A DNA stretch of 64,000 bases, taken from positions 131,752,001 through 131,816,000 of the forward strand of contig CM059431.1 of NCBI GenBank assembly GCA_030390025.1, written 5' to 3'. This stretch comes from Squalus acanthias. Lineage: Eukaryota. The notes beneath the pieces are model-generated. The model was not told where the DNA came from, ran no database searches, and worked only from the letters and a program-made list of their open reading frames with translations. The position numbers were made by a program, and so were the translations under genes. Positions 49,261 through 61,660 of this stretch are shown in pieces. The number at the start of each line of letters is the position of its first letter. Position 1 is the first letter of the stretch.

Positions 49261-52200
49261 CATAGTCATAGAGTCATAGAGTTATACAGCACGGATAGAG
49301 GCCCTTCGGCCCATCGTGTCCGCGCCGGCCATCAAGCCCTGTCTAATCTAATCCCATATTCCAGCATTTGGTCCGTAGCCTTGTATGCTATGGCATTTCA
49401 AGTGCTCATCCAAATGCTTCTTGAATGTTGTGAGGGTTCCTGCCTCCACAACCCTTTCAGGCAGTGAGTTCCAGACTCCAACCACCCTCTGGGTGAAAAA
49501 GTTCTTTCTCAAATCCCTTCTAAACCTCCCGCCCTTTACCTTGAATCTATGCCCCCTTGTTATAGACCCCTCTACTAAGGGAAAAAGCTCCTTAGTATCC
49601 ATCCTATCTATGCCCCTCATAATTTTGTACACCTCAATCATGTCCCCCCTCAGCCTCCTCTGCTCCAAGGAAAACAAACCCAATCTGCCCAGTCTCTCTT
49701 CATAGCTGAAGCACTCCAGCCCGGGTAACATTCTGGTGAATCTCCTCTGCACCCTCTCCAAAGCGATCACATCCTTCCTGTAGTGTGGCGACCAGAACTG
49801 CACACAGTATTCCAGATGTGGCCTAACCAGTGTTTTATACAGCTCCATCATAACCGCCTTGCTCTTATATTCTATGCCTCGGCTAATGAATGCAAGTATC
49901 CCATATGCCTTTTTTACCACCTTATCCACCTGTTCCGCCGCCTTCAGGGATCTGTGTACTTGCACACCAAGATCCCTCTGACCCTCCGTCTTGCCTAGGG
50001 TCTTACCATTCATTGTGTATTCCCTTGCCTTGTTAGTCCCTCCAAAGTGTATCACCTCGCACTTTTCCGATTAAATTCCATTTGCCACTGTTCCGCCCAT
50101 CTGACCAACCCATCTATATCGTCCTGCAGACTGAGGCTACCCTCCTCGCTATTTACCACCCTACCAATTTTTGTATCATCCGCGAACTTACTGATCATAC
50201 CTTTTACATTCATATCCAAGTCGTTAATGTAGAGCACGAACAGCAAGGGACCCAGCACCGATCCCTGTGGTACCCCACTGGCCACAGGCTTCCAGTCACA
50301 AAAACAACCTTCGACCATCACCCTCTGCCTTCTGCCACTGAGCCAGTTTTGTATCCAATGTGCCAAGGCACCCTGGATTCCATGGGCTCTTACCTTCTTG
50401 ACCAGTCTCCTGTGCGGGACTTTATCGAAGGCCTTACTGAAATCCATGTATACCACATCCACTGCGTTACCCTCATCCACACACCTAGTCACCCCCTCAA
50501 AAAATTCAATCAAATTAGTCAGACATGATCTTCCCTTGACAAAGCCATGTTGGCTAACCCTGATTAATCCTTGCCTCTCCAAGTGGAGACTGATTTTGTC
50601 CCTCAGAATTTTTTCCAATAATTTTCCTACCACTGATGTTAGGCTCACTGGCCTGTAGTTCCCCGGTTTTTCCCTACTCCCTTTCTTGAATAATGGTACT
50701 ACATTAGCGGTTCTCCAGTCCTCTGGCACATCCCCTGTGGCCAGAGAGGTTCTGAATATATGTGTTAGAGCCCCCGCAATCTCCTCCTTTGCCTCACACA
50801 GCAGCCTGGGATACATTTCGTCCAGACCTGGGGATTTATCCATTTTTAGACCTGCTAAAACCGCCAATACCTCCTCCCTCTCGATGTTAAAATGTTCGAG
50901 TATATCACAGTCCCCCTGCCCTAATTTTATGTCTGCATCGTCCTTCTCCACAGTGAAAACAGATGCAAAAAATTCATTTAGAACCCCACCTACATCTTCC
51001 GGCTCCACACACAGATTGCCACTTTTGTCCCTAATGGGCCCTATTTTTTCCCTAGTTATCCTCTTACCCTTAATATACTTATAAAACATCTTAGGATTTT
51101 CCTTTATTTTGCTCGCCAGTGTTATTTCATGGCCCCTCTTTGATCTCCTAATTTCTTTTTTAAGTATCCCCTGCACTTTTTGTACTCCTCTAGTGCTTCC
51201 TCCGTCTTTAGCATTTTGTATCTGCCAAAAGCCCTCCTTTTTTTCCTGATCCATTCTCGTATATCCCCTGACATCCAAGGTTCCCTGCGGTTTTTGGAAC
51301 CACCCTTGACCTTTACGGGAACATGCTGCCATTGTATGATCTCAATCTCCCTTCTGAAAGAATCCCATTGCTCCGATGCGGATTTTCCTACAAGCAGCTG
51401 ATCCCAGTCCCTTTTGGCCAGATCCTGCCTTATCCTATTAAAATCGGCCTTCCCCCAATTTAGAACCTTTATTTCCGGCCCATCCCTGTCCTTTTCCATG
51501 ACCACCTTAAATCTCACCGTATTATGGTCACTGTCACCAAAGTGCTTACCTACTAGCACTTCTTCCACTTGGCTGGCCACATTCCCTAGAATTAGGTCCA
51601 GTACCGCCCCCTCTCTTGTAGGACTTTCTACATGCTGGCTCAAAAAGCTCTCCTGGATGCACTTTAAGAATTTTGAACCCTCTAAGCCTTTCACACTCTG
51701 ACTATCCCAGTTAATATTGGGGAAGTTGAAATCCCCCATTATTATTACCCTATTATTTGCACACTTCTCTGAGATTTGCCTACATATCTGTTCCTCTATC
51801 TCCCCCTGACTGTTTGGGGGCCTATAGTACGCTCCCAGCAAAGTGCTTGCCCCCTTTTTGTTTTTAAGCTCCACCCATATAGCCTCATTGGAGGAACCTG
51901 CTAATATATCATCCCTCCTTATGGCAGTAATTGATTCCTTAATTAATATTGCGACACCCCCTCCTCTTATACCTCCCCCTCTGTCTCGCCTGAGGATTCT
52001 GTACCCCGGAATATTGAGCTGCCAGTCTTGCCCCTCCCTCAACCATGTCTCCGTGATAGCAACAATATCATACTCCCATGTGTTTATCAACACCTTCAGT
52101 TCATCCACCTTATTCGCTAGACTCCTTGCATTAAAATAGATGCCTTCCAGCCGTGCTCTTACATGTTTGCCCTGTCTTCCAAGCTGACTTGTTTTTTTCT

Positions 52201-52310
52201 CTATATTTGACTGTACATCACCCCCTATTGTAGCTCCACTCTGTATCCCATCCCCCTGCCAAGTTAGTTTAAACCCCCCCCCCCAACAGTGCTAGCAAAC
52301 CTCCCCGTAA
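49261..52310 (-). mobile_element. young CR1 LINE with complete ORF2 and the last ORF1 codons
   Basis: ORF1 end LTGRFASTVGGGGLN*, full APE endonuclease and RT, (ACTCTATG)n tail, GGT duplicated at the junctions. Confidence 0.95.
49348..52273 (-). pseudogene. CR1 ORF2 (APE endonuclease-reverse transcriptase), two 1-bp frameshifts
   Basis: [42 protein letters not shown]; no premature stops once the frames are joined near 51170 and 50069. Confidence 0.9.
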
Positions 52311-53226
52311 GGTGACTTTAGTCTGTATCTACATCAGTACAGGAACTTCACGTCGTTCAATATATTTGAATAGGGAGTCAGATTGAGAGATGTCATTTTC
52401 GGGAAGCTTTTGTAGGAGCAGGACATCTCGGACAGCAACTTCCAGATTTCCACGTTTAACTGCGCATGTGCAGTCGCCAGAAGTTGATGTCCAATTTGCA
52501 GATAAATAACGATGCCTCACCCTTATTTATACAGTAAAATCCGGGCCATTACATTTGTGCAGTCAATGTGTCGCATAGATTGTGTAAACGATGATCAATG
52601 TGGCATACATCAGTAGTTTTACACGTCACTCCAATCTTCATACAGTCTGTCTTCCAGGCATTCTCTCCTAAATAATTCAATGACATCTTTTATATAGTAG
52701 CCTCGGCTTTCCAGACCCATCCTACTGCTTTTCCACACACCCCCTTTTACCAGAGTGTGGGCTTTGTAGCCTAAAATGAGCCTGCCCGTATTTGGGGGAG
52801 AAATACATGCTGATGAAATTAAAATGTTTCCTGCCACTTGCTCTGGTTGAATGTTGGATGCAGGAGCCACGTGTTGAGCCCTGATGTCCAGTGTTCTAAG
52901 ATCGACAAAGAGGGCCACAATCGTCCAAGCGTTCTCAGATCATAGCCAAGCACGGGCTCCTTCAGCTGCAGCAAAAAAAATTACATTAAAAAGAATACTT
53001 TCTTCAAGCAACTTTCCGGCTGTGGGCTGCTGTACCTCAAACTCCAATCTGGCTCTGCTGGGATGCTCGCCTCCTGGTTGCAAATGACCCCTGAAAGGTC
53101 AGGGAGGCATCTCTGGGGTGAACAGAAGTCCCACCCCACCCTGTCGGAAAGCGTAGGTCAGTGAGTTATTTATGTCTGGGGGTCCACCAGTGTTTCCAAT
53201 TTAAAATAGACATGCTCATGCCTGAA

Positions 53227-53785
53227 ATAAAAACAAAAAATGCTGGAAATACTCAGCGGGTCAGGCAGCATCTGTGGAGAGAGAAACAGAGTTAACGTTT
53301 CAGGTCGATGACCTTTTGTCAGAACTGAAAACAGTTAGAGATTTAACAGGTTTTAAGCAAGTGCAGCGGCAGGTAAAGGGGGGAGGGGAGGAAAGAACAA
53401 AAGGGAAGGTCTGTGATAGGGTAGAAAGCAGGAGAATTTAAAAGACAAGATGATGGTGCAAGACAAAAGGAGTTGGTAGTGTGACAAGTAAAGATCAAAA
53501 GATGGGTCTAGAAGAGGTGTAAATGGGTATAGCAGAATCATCAACAGCTGCCATCCGAAAAAATGGGCCAGAGGTTATGATCTGAAATTGTTGAACTCAA
53601 TGTTGAGTCCAGAAGGCTGTAAAGTGCCTAATTGAAAGATGAGGTTCTGTTCCTCGAGCTTATATTGAGCTTCATTGGAACAGTGTAGGAGGCCGAAGAC
53701 AGAGAGGCCAGAGTGGGAGTGGAGCAGAGAATTAAAGTGACAGGCGAGCGGAAGCTCAGGGTCACACTTGCGGACTGAACGGAGG
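53227..53785 (-). mobile_element. Penelope-like 3' fragment (family P1)
   Basis: EHLRSVRKCDPELPLACHFNS...KLEEQNLIFQLGTLQPSGLNIEFNNFRS*; 14-bp TSD TG(C/T)TCATGCCTGAA. Confidence 0.9.
53290..53326 (-). ncRNA. minimal hammerhead ribozyme motif (core G8>A)
   Basis: AGUU CUGACAA A AGGUC AUC GACCU GAAAC GUU AACU. Confidence 0.65.
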
Positions 53786-55579
53786 TGTTCATGCCTGAAT
53801 TAATAGATTGCAGAGTAGAATTTGATACAAGAACATTAAGCTTTTGTATAAGAATGGCACCAATTGTAATTCCTATCCTATACTGATTTAGCCCATGGAA
53901 GAATGAAAATCTGTCTTGTTTAATCTCATTGGAATCTTTACACGATATAGTCTTTTGATTGATCATTAAGGCTTGTGAGCATGTTACTTCAAACTTAATT
54001 TAGCTTCCCTCTATTAGAGAGAATCCACTTTCCTATGTTTGTCTTGAGGTTAAAGATATTTTCAGATGTTTCAGAAACGGAAACCTGTCTAGTTCCAACT
54101 AGACAAACAAATGACTCTGGAAGGTTAGGTATTAGACTTTGTAAGTATCATTACATGATATCAATGGCCTTTGACTCAAGCCAGGAATTTCCAATTGTTT
54201 CCGAACATACACAGACAAAGCTTATTGCGGACCCACCTGAAGAGGTGGGGACAGTGGTCGGAGTGAGTATGCTGTTACGTATTTTGGCCAACTGGTCATT
54301 GGGCTTTCACCCATGTCTGTGATTGACAGGCCTATTTAATTTGAGGGGTGTATGTGTGTGTGTTTTTGTGTGTAGATACATACACATACATATATAGACA
54401 CATATAGATAATTAACAATTATGAATTTCCTTCATGCCCACAATGGGACAAAATTGCTTCTTTACAGTAATATTCATACTTCACCTCTGTGCTGCTTTTC
54501 AAAGTATGCAATTTCTTCCAGATCTCCAGCTAAATCCTGTGAGTAGCTGAGACCATGTTGACTCTTTCTGTAACAACTGGCTATTTCTGGCACCATTTTT
54601 GCATATTCAGGGGTCATTCGCTTCCACCAGAAGCAAGATCACATTTCTCCATGACAGAGGTCACCCACATGTAAAGAGCCTCCTACGTAAGTCAGAATTT
54701 GCTGACTTGTGATTCAGCCATGCTCTGGAAAAACTATTCTCTTGAGAGATGGATTACCAAACTTTCTATTATTTATTCCATTTAAGTCGCTTAGTAGCTG
54801 CTTGAGAAGTGTTTATGGATCATTATTGCAAGTATACTGTGATTGGCTGTTTTTTTGTTAATGCTACTGAAATTACATTCTTAGGAAGCATACATTTCAG
54901 AGCCACTCAATTACATATTCACTTATGGTGAAGAGTGAGTATTTTCTACACTTTTTGACTCAAACCCTAATACTTAAATCTGAGTGTTTTAGAATCTACA
55001 AAGTATATTCAATCAGCAGCATTTCCTCCAGGATTTACCTGTGATGGTATCATCTGCATTTACTGTTTAAAGGAGAATATTGGGATCGATTTTTCACTCA
55101 CTTTGCCGAGTGTTAACTGGGCGGTAACAGCCTCAAAATGGGGTCGGTAGCCTCACCAGCCTATTAACACCTGCAATGTAGCGGACCCCTTGTTAAAAGG
55201 AGCCTACCTCTGGGTGTCAAAGCGCCCACCTCTTTCAGGCAGTAGGCCACTTTTAATAGGGAAATTGGAGTCCTATGACGTAAATAGGACCCCGATTGCC
55301 ATTTTAGGTAGGAACTGGTCAGATCCTGCACAGTTCAGGCTTCGAGCAGTTCCATGGGCGATGGAGGAGAAGACTCCCATCAAAAGTAAGTCTTGAATTA
55401 TTTTTGTGGGTCTCTGAAGAGCAGGAGAGCAACTCTGGGACCCACAAAAATAATCTGGGCCGCTGCTGCCGCGTTTTCCTTTGCCGAATTTGGCAAGCTG
55501 CATTGGGACACCTGTTTGGCTCCCTGCAGCTCACCTGATGAATGTAAATGAGACTGGAGCACAGGGGTCACTTTGTCAC

Positions 55580-56330
55580 CGGAATGGACAGACAATAAGC
55601 ACGCTCCATTGGAATGGGCGGGTGATCAACATGTTCCATCGGAATGGGCGGGTGATCAGTGCTCTGTCGGAATGGGTGGGTGATCAGTGCACTCTGTCGG
55701 AATGGGTGGGTGATCAGTGCTCTCTGTCGGAATGGGTGGGTGATCAGTGCTCTCTGTCGGAATGGGCGGGTGATCAGTGCTCTCTGTCGGAATGGGTGGG
55801 TGATCAGTGCACTCTGTCGGAATGGGTGGGTGATCAGTGCTCTGTCGGAATGGGTGGGTGATCAGTGCACTCTGTCGGAATGGGCGGGTGATCAGTGCTC
55901 TCTGTCGGAATGGGTGGGTGATCAGTGCACTCTGTCGGAATGGGTGGGTGATCAGTGCTCTGTCGGAATGGGTGGGTGATCAGTGCAGTCTGTCGGAATG
56001 GGCGGGTGATCAGTGCTCTCTGTCGGAATGGGTGGGTGATCAGTGCGTTCTGTCGGAATGGGCGGGTGATCAGTGCGTTCTGTCGGAATGGGCGGGTGAT
56101 CAGTGCGTTCTGTCGGAATGGGCGGGTGATCAGTGCGTTCTGTCGGAATGGGCGGGTGATCAGTGCGTTCTGTCGGAATGGGCGGGTGATCAGTGCGTTC
56201 TGTCGGAATGGGCGGGTGATCAGTGCTCTCTGTCGGAATGGGCGGGTGATCAGTGCGTTCTATCGGAATGGGCGGGTGATCAGTGCGTTCTATCGGAATG
56301 GGCGGGTGATCAGTGCGCTCCACCAGAATG
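55580..56330. repeat. 30-bp minisatellite, about 25 copies
   Basis: Unit GTCGGAATGGG(C/T)GGGTGATCAGTGCNNTCT; three 28-bp variants. Confidence 0.95.
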
Positions 56331-56889
56331 GCAGAACGTGCTGATAGAATTCAACAGGACATAGACAGGCTGGTTGAATGAGCAGACATGTGGCAGATGA
56401 AATTTAACGCAGAGAAATGCGAAGTGATACATTTTGGTAGGAAGAATGAGGAGAGTAAATATAAACTAAAGGGTACAATCCTAAAGCGGGTGCATGAACA
56501 GAGAGACCCGGGGGTAAATGTGCACAAATCGTTGAAGGTGGCAGGGCAGGTTGAGAAAGCAGTTAAAAAAGGTTACGGGATCCTGGGCTTCATGAATAGA
56601 GGTATAGAGTGCAAAAGCGTGGAAATTATGATGAATCTGTATTAAAAAACTGGTTCGGCCTCAAGTGGAGTATTGTGTCCAATTCTGGGCACCGCACTTT
56701 AGGAAGGATGTGAAGGCCTTAGAGAGGGTGCAGGAAAGATTTACGAGAATGATTCCAGAGATGAGGGACTTCAGTTACATTGATAGACTGGAGAAGCTGG
56801 GGTTGTTCTCCTTACAGCAGAGAAGATTGAGAGATTTGATAGAGGTGTTCAAAATCATGAGGGGTCTGGACAGAGTAAATAGAAAGAAA

Positions 56890-58445
56890 GAGCTGGATTT
56901 TCTCAGCCCCGAGGAGGTGGGTATGGCGGTGGGACTGCCGGTAAAGTTGCAGAATTTGGGGGCGGGTGGCAAACCCGCCCCCATCCCGCCTCCATGCCCT
57001 CTTGCCAGGAGGCGGGAAGCTGTCCTGCCCCGGGTCCCATCTCCTCGAGGCGGGAAAGGGATTAAAGCCTATTAACTGCCTGTTAACAGGTAGTTAACAG
57101 GCAGAAAATAGGATTATCCCCATTTTTAGCTCCGATGTGCAGGCTTCCTGACCTCGGGGAACCCCGCCAGGTTGGAGGAGATGAGTAGGAGGTCTGTGGA
57201 GGTTGGAGGGGTCTGAAAGTGCGATGTAGAGGTGAGTGATGGATGCAATTGTGGAGTGGTAAGTATGTAAGGTGAGTGTAAAGTGTTAGAAAATGTTCAC
57301 TTACCTTTGTTTCTGCCTACAGCCTTCAGCCGCTGTGGAGCCGGAGTCCCGACATCTCCATTGTAGATATCACAGACTGGCTGTTGGATCCTCCGAACCA
57401 ACAGCCAGGTGATTTCTGCAAAGTTGAAAAGTTTGATGAGTCCTGAACTCAAGGGGCAGAATTTTCATTGACCCGTGGAGGTGGGTTTGGAGGCGTGTGG
57501 AGAGTTAAAATTGCAAAAACTGGTGGGCGGGCACAAGCCCGCCTCCATCCCGCCTCCACACAATTTTTATCAAATTGTGTCTGCTGGTCCCGACTCCGTC
57601 CCACCTCTAAGAGGCGGGATAGGCTGTTAAGGCCCTTAACAAGCACTAAATTGCCACTATAATGCCATTTTGAAAGGTCTTTGTGGTTTTAACCCTTTTG
57701 CTACGTGAAGCACGCCTGTTCTGAACCACGAATGTGAAACCTGGCGGTAGCACATTTCGATAGCTGACTATCAGGTCCACTATTACAACGGAGATGTGTA
57801 GTAGGAGTAGAAGTAGTAGTAGTAGGAGGAGGAGGAGGAGAAATATCTGGGAGTGGTTGTGGTGGTAAAAAAATATCTGGGAGCAGACTTAGGGCTGCTG
57901 CTGCTCATTTTGCCTCCAGGCCCTCTCACAGCAAAGGCCAGGCAGTCTTTGCAGACCTGCAATGCAGCAGCAATGATGACATCATCAGAAGCGACTTTTA
58001 GACTGAAAACACTAATTGGGTCATGGGTTCCCACATGCTGGAACTCAATTGCCCAATTAGGTGAAAATCGCATCAATCTCCCACATCCAATTGCAGTCAG
58101 GTGGATAACACGAAAAGTGGATAACACGACCCGAGCCCGCCCCAGTATCAAAATCCAGCCCTCGGAATCATCAAACTACACAGAATGTCAGTGCTTGACA
58201 GCTTCACAGAGCTGTCAAACGCTGACATTTCTTCTTTCAAAAAATCTTGACAGATGGCACATCATACGTTGACGTGCTCTGTCACTGACTTTCCCCAAAT
58301 TGGCCTTCTGAGTCTGCTGGGCAGGCTTAACAAGGTCAATCAGGGGAAAATCCCGCTGGTTGGCCAGAAGCTGATGGAGGCGGGATTAAAAGCTGGCAAG
58401 CAGTAGTCCCGCCTCCAAAAGCTTCCCATTGACAAAATCCAGCCC
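56890..58445. mobile_element. Harbinger-type non-autonomous element
   Basis: TIR GAGCTGGATTTT / AAAATCCAGCCC; TSD AAA; the host CR1 rejoins in frame. Confidence 0.85.
57454..58161. mobile_element. family B Harbinger MITE
   Basis: Both ends are homologous to the ends of 14303-18758; TIR GGGCAGAATTTT / AAAATCCAGCCC. Confidence 0.75.
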
Positions 58446-60084
58446 AAACTGTTCCCATTGGCAGAGGGGTCGAGAACCAGAGGACACAGATTTAAGGTGA
58501 TTGGCAAAAGAACCAAAGGTAACATAAGAAAAAACTTTTTTATGCAGCGAGTGGTTCGGATCTAAGATGCACTACCTGAAAGGGTGGTGGAGGCAGACTC
58601 AATCACGGCTTTCAAAAGGGTGTTGGATAAGTACCTGAAAGAGAATTTTTTATAGGGCTATGGGGAAAGGGCGGGGGAGTGGGACTAGCTGAGGTGCTCT
58701 TGCAGAGAGCCAGCACGGGCTCGAGGGGCCGAATGGCCTTCTTCTGTGCTGTAAACATTCTATGATTCTATGATCAGTGCGCTCCGTCGGAATGAGCGGG
58801 TGATCTGTGCGCTCTGTTGGAATGGTGGGCAATCAACGCGCCCCGTCGGAATGGCAGGTGATCAACGCACTCATCAGAATGGGCGACCGATCACTGCGCT
58901 CCGCCATTCGGCCCCCCAATGTCAAAATAGGCCCCACAGTTTTCTTTAATCAATAGAAAGGGAGAAATAAACAAACCCTCAATTAAAACTAATGGTACTT
59001 CTTTGTAACTGCATGATTTTTCCTTCTAATAAGGTGGCACTGATGGTGACTTCATTTCTTTCATTTCTTTTTAAGCAAAATGATTACTCTGATAGCAACT
59101 CAGTCCAGTGAGAAGACAGGCTGCAGGGAAAAGTTTGTGTGACTGCTGTTGTATAAATCTCTTAACAGAAAGACCTTAAGAACTTAATCTAGTGCTATGT
59201 GCTGTGCTCCACTACCTGATATTTCAGGAATGCTGTGGTCAGGCAGTAAGTCACATTCACCATAAGAAGCAGTTCAAAGTAAATAGACACCAGCGAAGTA
59301 CTGGCAGGCTTATATAGTGTCGATTTCAACTAAGTTCTGTGATAAATCTTGGGAACAGGAAGTTTGCATGTCTTGAGTTATAGCCATTTTCAAAAGATAC
59401 TGCCTGCTGAAAGAGATCAGATCATGACAGTGTTGTCACTGGGATTTCAGTAAAGTATAATGGCGGGTGTGTGAAATCTTTGTACTCTGTCCACTTACAC
59501 TGAAAACATAGGGTAGTAGTACAATGATAAATTATGTTCTTCCAAACTAACTCTGTAGCTGAATTTCATGTTGCATTATGCTAGGGTGAAACAGTGATGG
59601 CTACAAGTCTGTCACTGGTGATAGTGGTTTAAGTTACTTGAGTGGGTGAATTAAGAGTATCTCACAAGAAAGCTATTGGCATAATGCTGAATCCTATTGC
59701 CTTAAGTGCAACTTTTTCAATAGTGTATTGGAACCGAATGTACTAAATAGTGACAACACTGCCTGCACACAGTTCTGTTTAGATCATAAGAACTATTGAA
59801 GCTGTTTCTCTATTCCAAAAGAATTGCTGACGTGGCCAGTTTATCCATTCTTGGTGAACTAAATGACTTCCAGATATTTGGACTGATACATTAAATAATT
59901 TCTTTTCATATCTATGTCTGTAATAAAAGTTTAAGACAATGACAATCCTGAAGAAATTTAAATTAGAACATTTCTTTGTTAAGCTTTTCAGAGACATGTT
60001 AAAATCCCAACTCGATGCTGTAGGTTTGCCTTTGCATGGTTTAGGTTAATGTTTGTAATACTAAACCATAGACAGCCCTGACCA

Positions 60085-60912
60085 TCAAATTTTCTCCAAT
60101 TGAATATTGGTAAGACTGATGCCACTGTCTTTCAACCCCCGCTACCGTTCCCTCACTGCCGACTCCATTCCCCTCTCTGGTCACTGTCTCAGGCTGAATC
60201 AGACTGTTCGCAACCTCTGCTTCCTATTTGACCCTGAGCTGAGCTTTTGACACTATATCCTATCCATTACAAAGACCGCTTACTTTCACCTCCTTAACAT
60301 CATCCGTCTCCACCCCTGCCTCATCAGTCCATCTGCTGCTGAAACCATTGTCCATGCTTTTGTCACATCCAGACTTGACTATTCCAATGCTCTCCTGGCC
60401 GGCCTCCCATCCTGCACCATCCATAAACTTGAGGTTATCCAAAACTCTGCTGCCCATATCCGAGCCAAGTCCCACTCACCCCTCATCCCTGTGCTTGCTG
60501 GCTTACATTGGTTCCCAGTCCACAAAAACTTCAGATTAAAATTTCTCACCTCATGTTCAAATCCCTTTATAGACTCGACCCTCCTTATCTGTGTGACCTT
60601 CTCCAACCCTCAGAGAACTTTGCACCTCCAACTCTGGCTTCTTGTGCATCCCACCATTGGCAGCTGTGCTTTCAGTCATCTGGGGCCTAAGCTCTGGAAT
60701 TCCCTCCCTAAACCTCTCCACCTCTCTCTCCTATTTTAGGACCCTCCTTAAACCTACCTTTGACCAAGCTTTTAATCACCTGATCTAATATCTCCTTCTT
60801 TGGCTCGGTGTCAATTTTTGTCTGATTACGCTTCTGTGAAGCACCTTGGGACATTTTCTTACATTAAAGACATTAAATGCAAGTTGTTGTTTAATAAATA
60901 TAAGTTGTTGTT
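60085..60912 (+). mobile_element. L2 3' fragment
   Basis: [27 protein letters not shown]; (TTG)n tail. Confidence 0.85.
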
Positions 60913-61660
60913 GAAAGCCCATGTGGTAAGACACTGGGCACCAAACCAAGAAACTGAAATCAAATAACTCTCTCGAATCCAGTGCTTGTCTGTCAATTGA
61001 ACTGTTGAATTTGATTAATTGTCAACTCACACCTCAGCTGTCTTTATGCTCAGGTGCCAAATAAGTGATAAAACTGGGTTGCTCTATTTGGAACCACTGG
61101 GTGGTTGCAGAGCTGCAGTAATGATGACTGTGGAGGAATCTGCAGCCTCGGACTCCCACAGAGCTTCTAACCTTTGAAAAAACATTATGTGGTGCAGTGG
61201 ATAAAAGACAGAGGACATTCTTCTGTTCAAAACAACTCACATTCATGGTGTCTACTGTTTAGTACTCAATCTGCATTACTCCACCTCACATTCTGAAAAC
61301 CTCTTATGTCAATCGATCAGCGGTACTATCTATCACAAAACATGGAGTGGATAAGACAACAAACATGGAATGCATGTGCCTAACTGCCTTACAAATGGCA
61401 GAGGGAGACAAAATCTCCATACAGGCTATTGAGGCTGTTAGACAAAATGCACCTGTCACACAGGATATGAGTGGCGCTGCAAAGTTTGATTTCATTCTTC
61501 TCATTGGAAGGGATTACATAGGATGCATGGTAATAGATAAAAGAAATAGATGAAAACAACTCTGTAGAAGAGAATTAGAGATTTTGTTTTAAATAGGAGC
61601 CTTAAGTTTCCTGCAGAGAACTCATTGTAGCTCAACAAACTATACTGAGGAAGACACATT

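Larger units (their letters stand above)
48861..52547. mobile_element. Harbinger-type MITE split by a 3-kb CR1
   Basis: Ends GGGCCGAATTTT / AAAATCCGGGCC; homologous to 24400-25413. Confidence 0.7.
56335..58774 (+). mobile_element. CR1 3' fragment, split by MITEs
   Basis: WQMKFNAEKCEVIHFG...GLDRVNRKK | LFPLAEG; (ATTCTATG)n tail. Confidence 0.9.
55082..58935. mobile_element. Harbinger-type MITE hosting a minisatellite and nested insertions
   Basis: Ends GGGATCGATTTTT / AAAATAGGCCCC; repeat units continue after the CR1 (58771-58905) up to the right end. TSD not matched. Confidence 0.6.

Noticed and set aside
50082..52139. Plus-strand ORFs overlapping the CR1
   Set aside because: Antisense shadows of ORF2.
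55580..56330. CRISPR-like array, or repeat-protein ORFs (LSEWAGDQC / ERTDHPPIPT)
   Set aside because: Head-to-tail units with no unique spacers, no cas genes and a eukaryotic context; the ORFs are by-products of a stop-free 30-bp unit.
61030..61565. Minus-strand exon between a good acceptor and GTGAGT donors
   Set aside because: All three frames contain stops.
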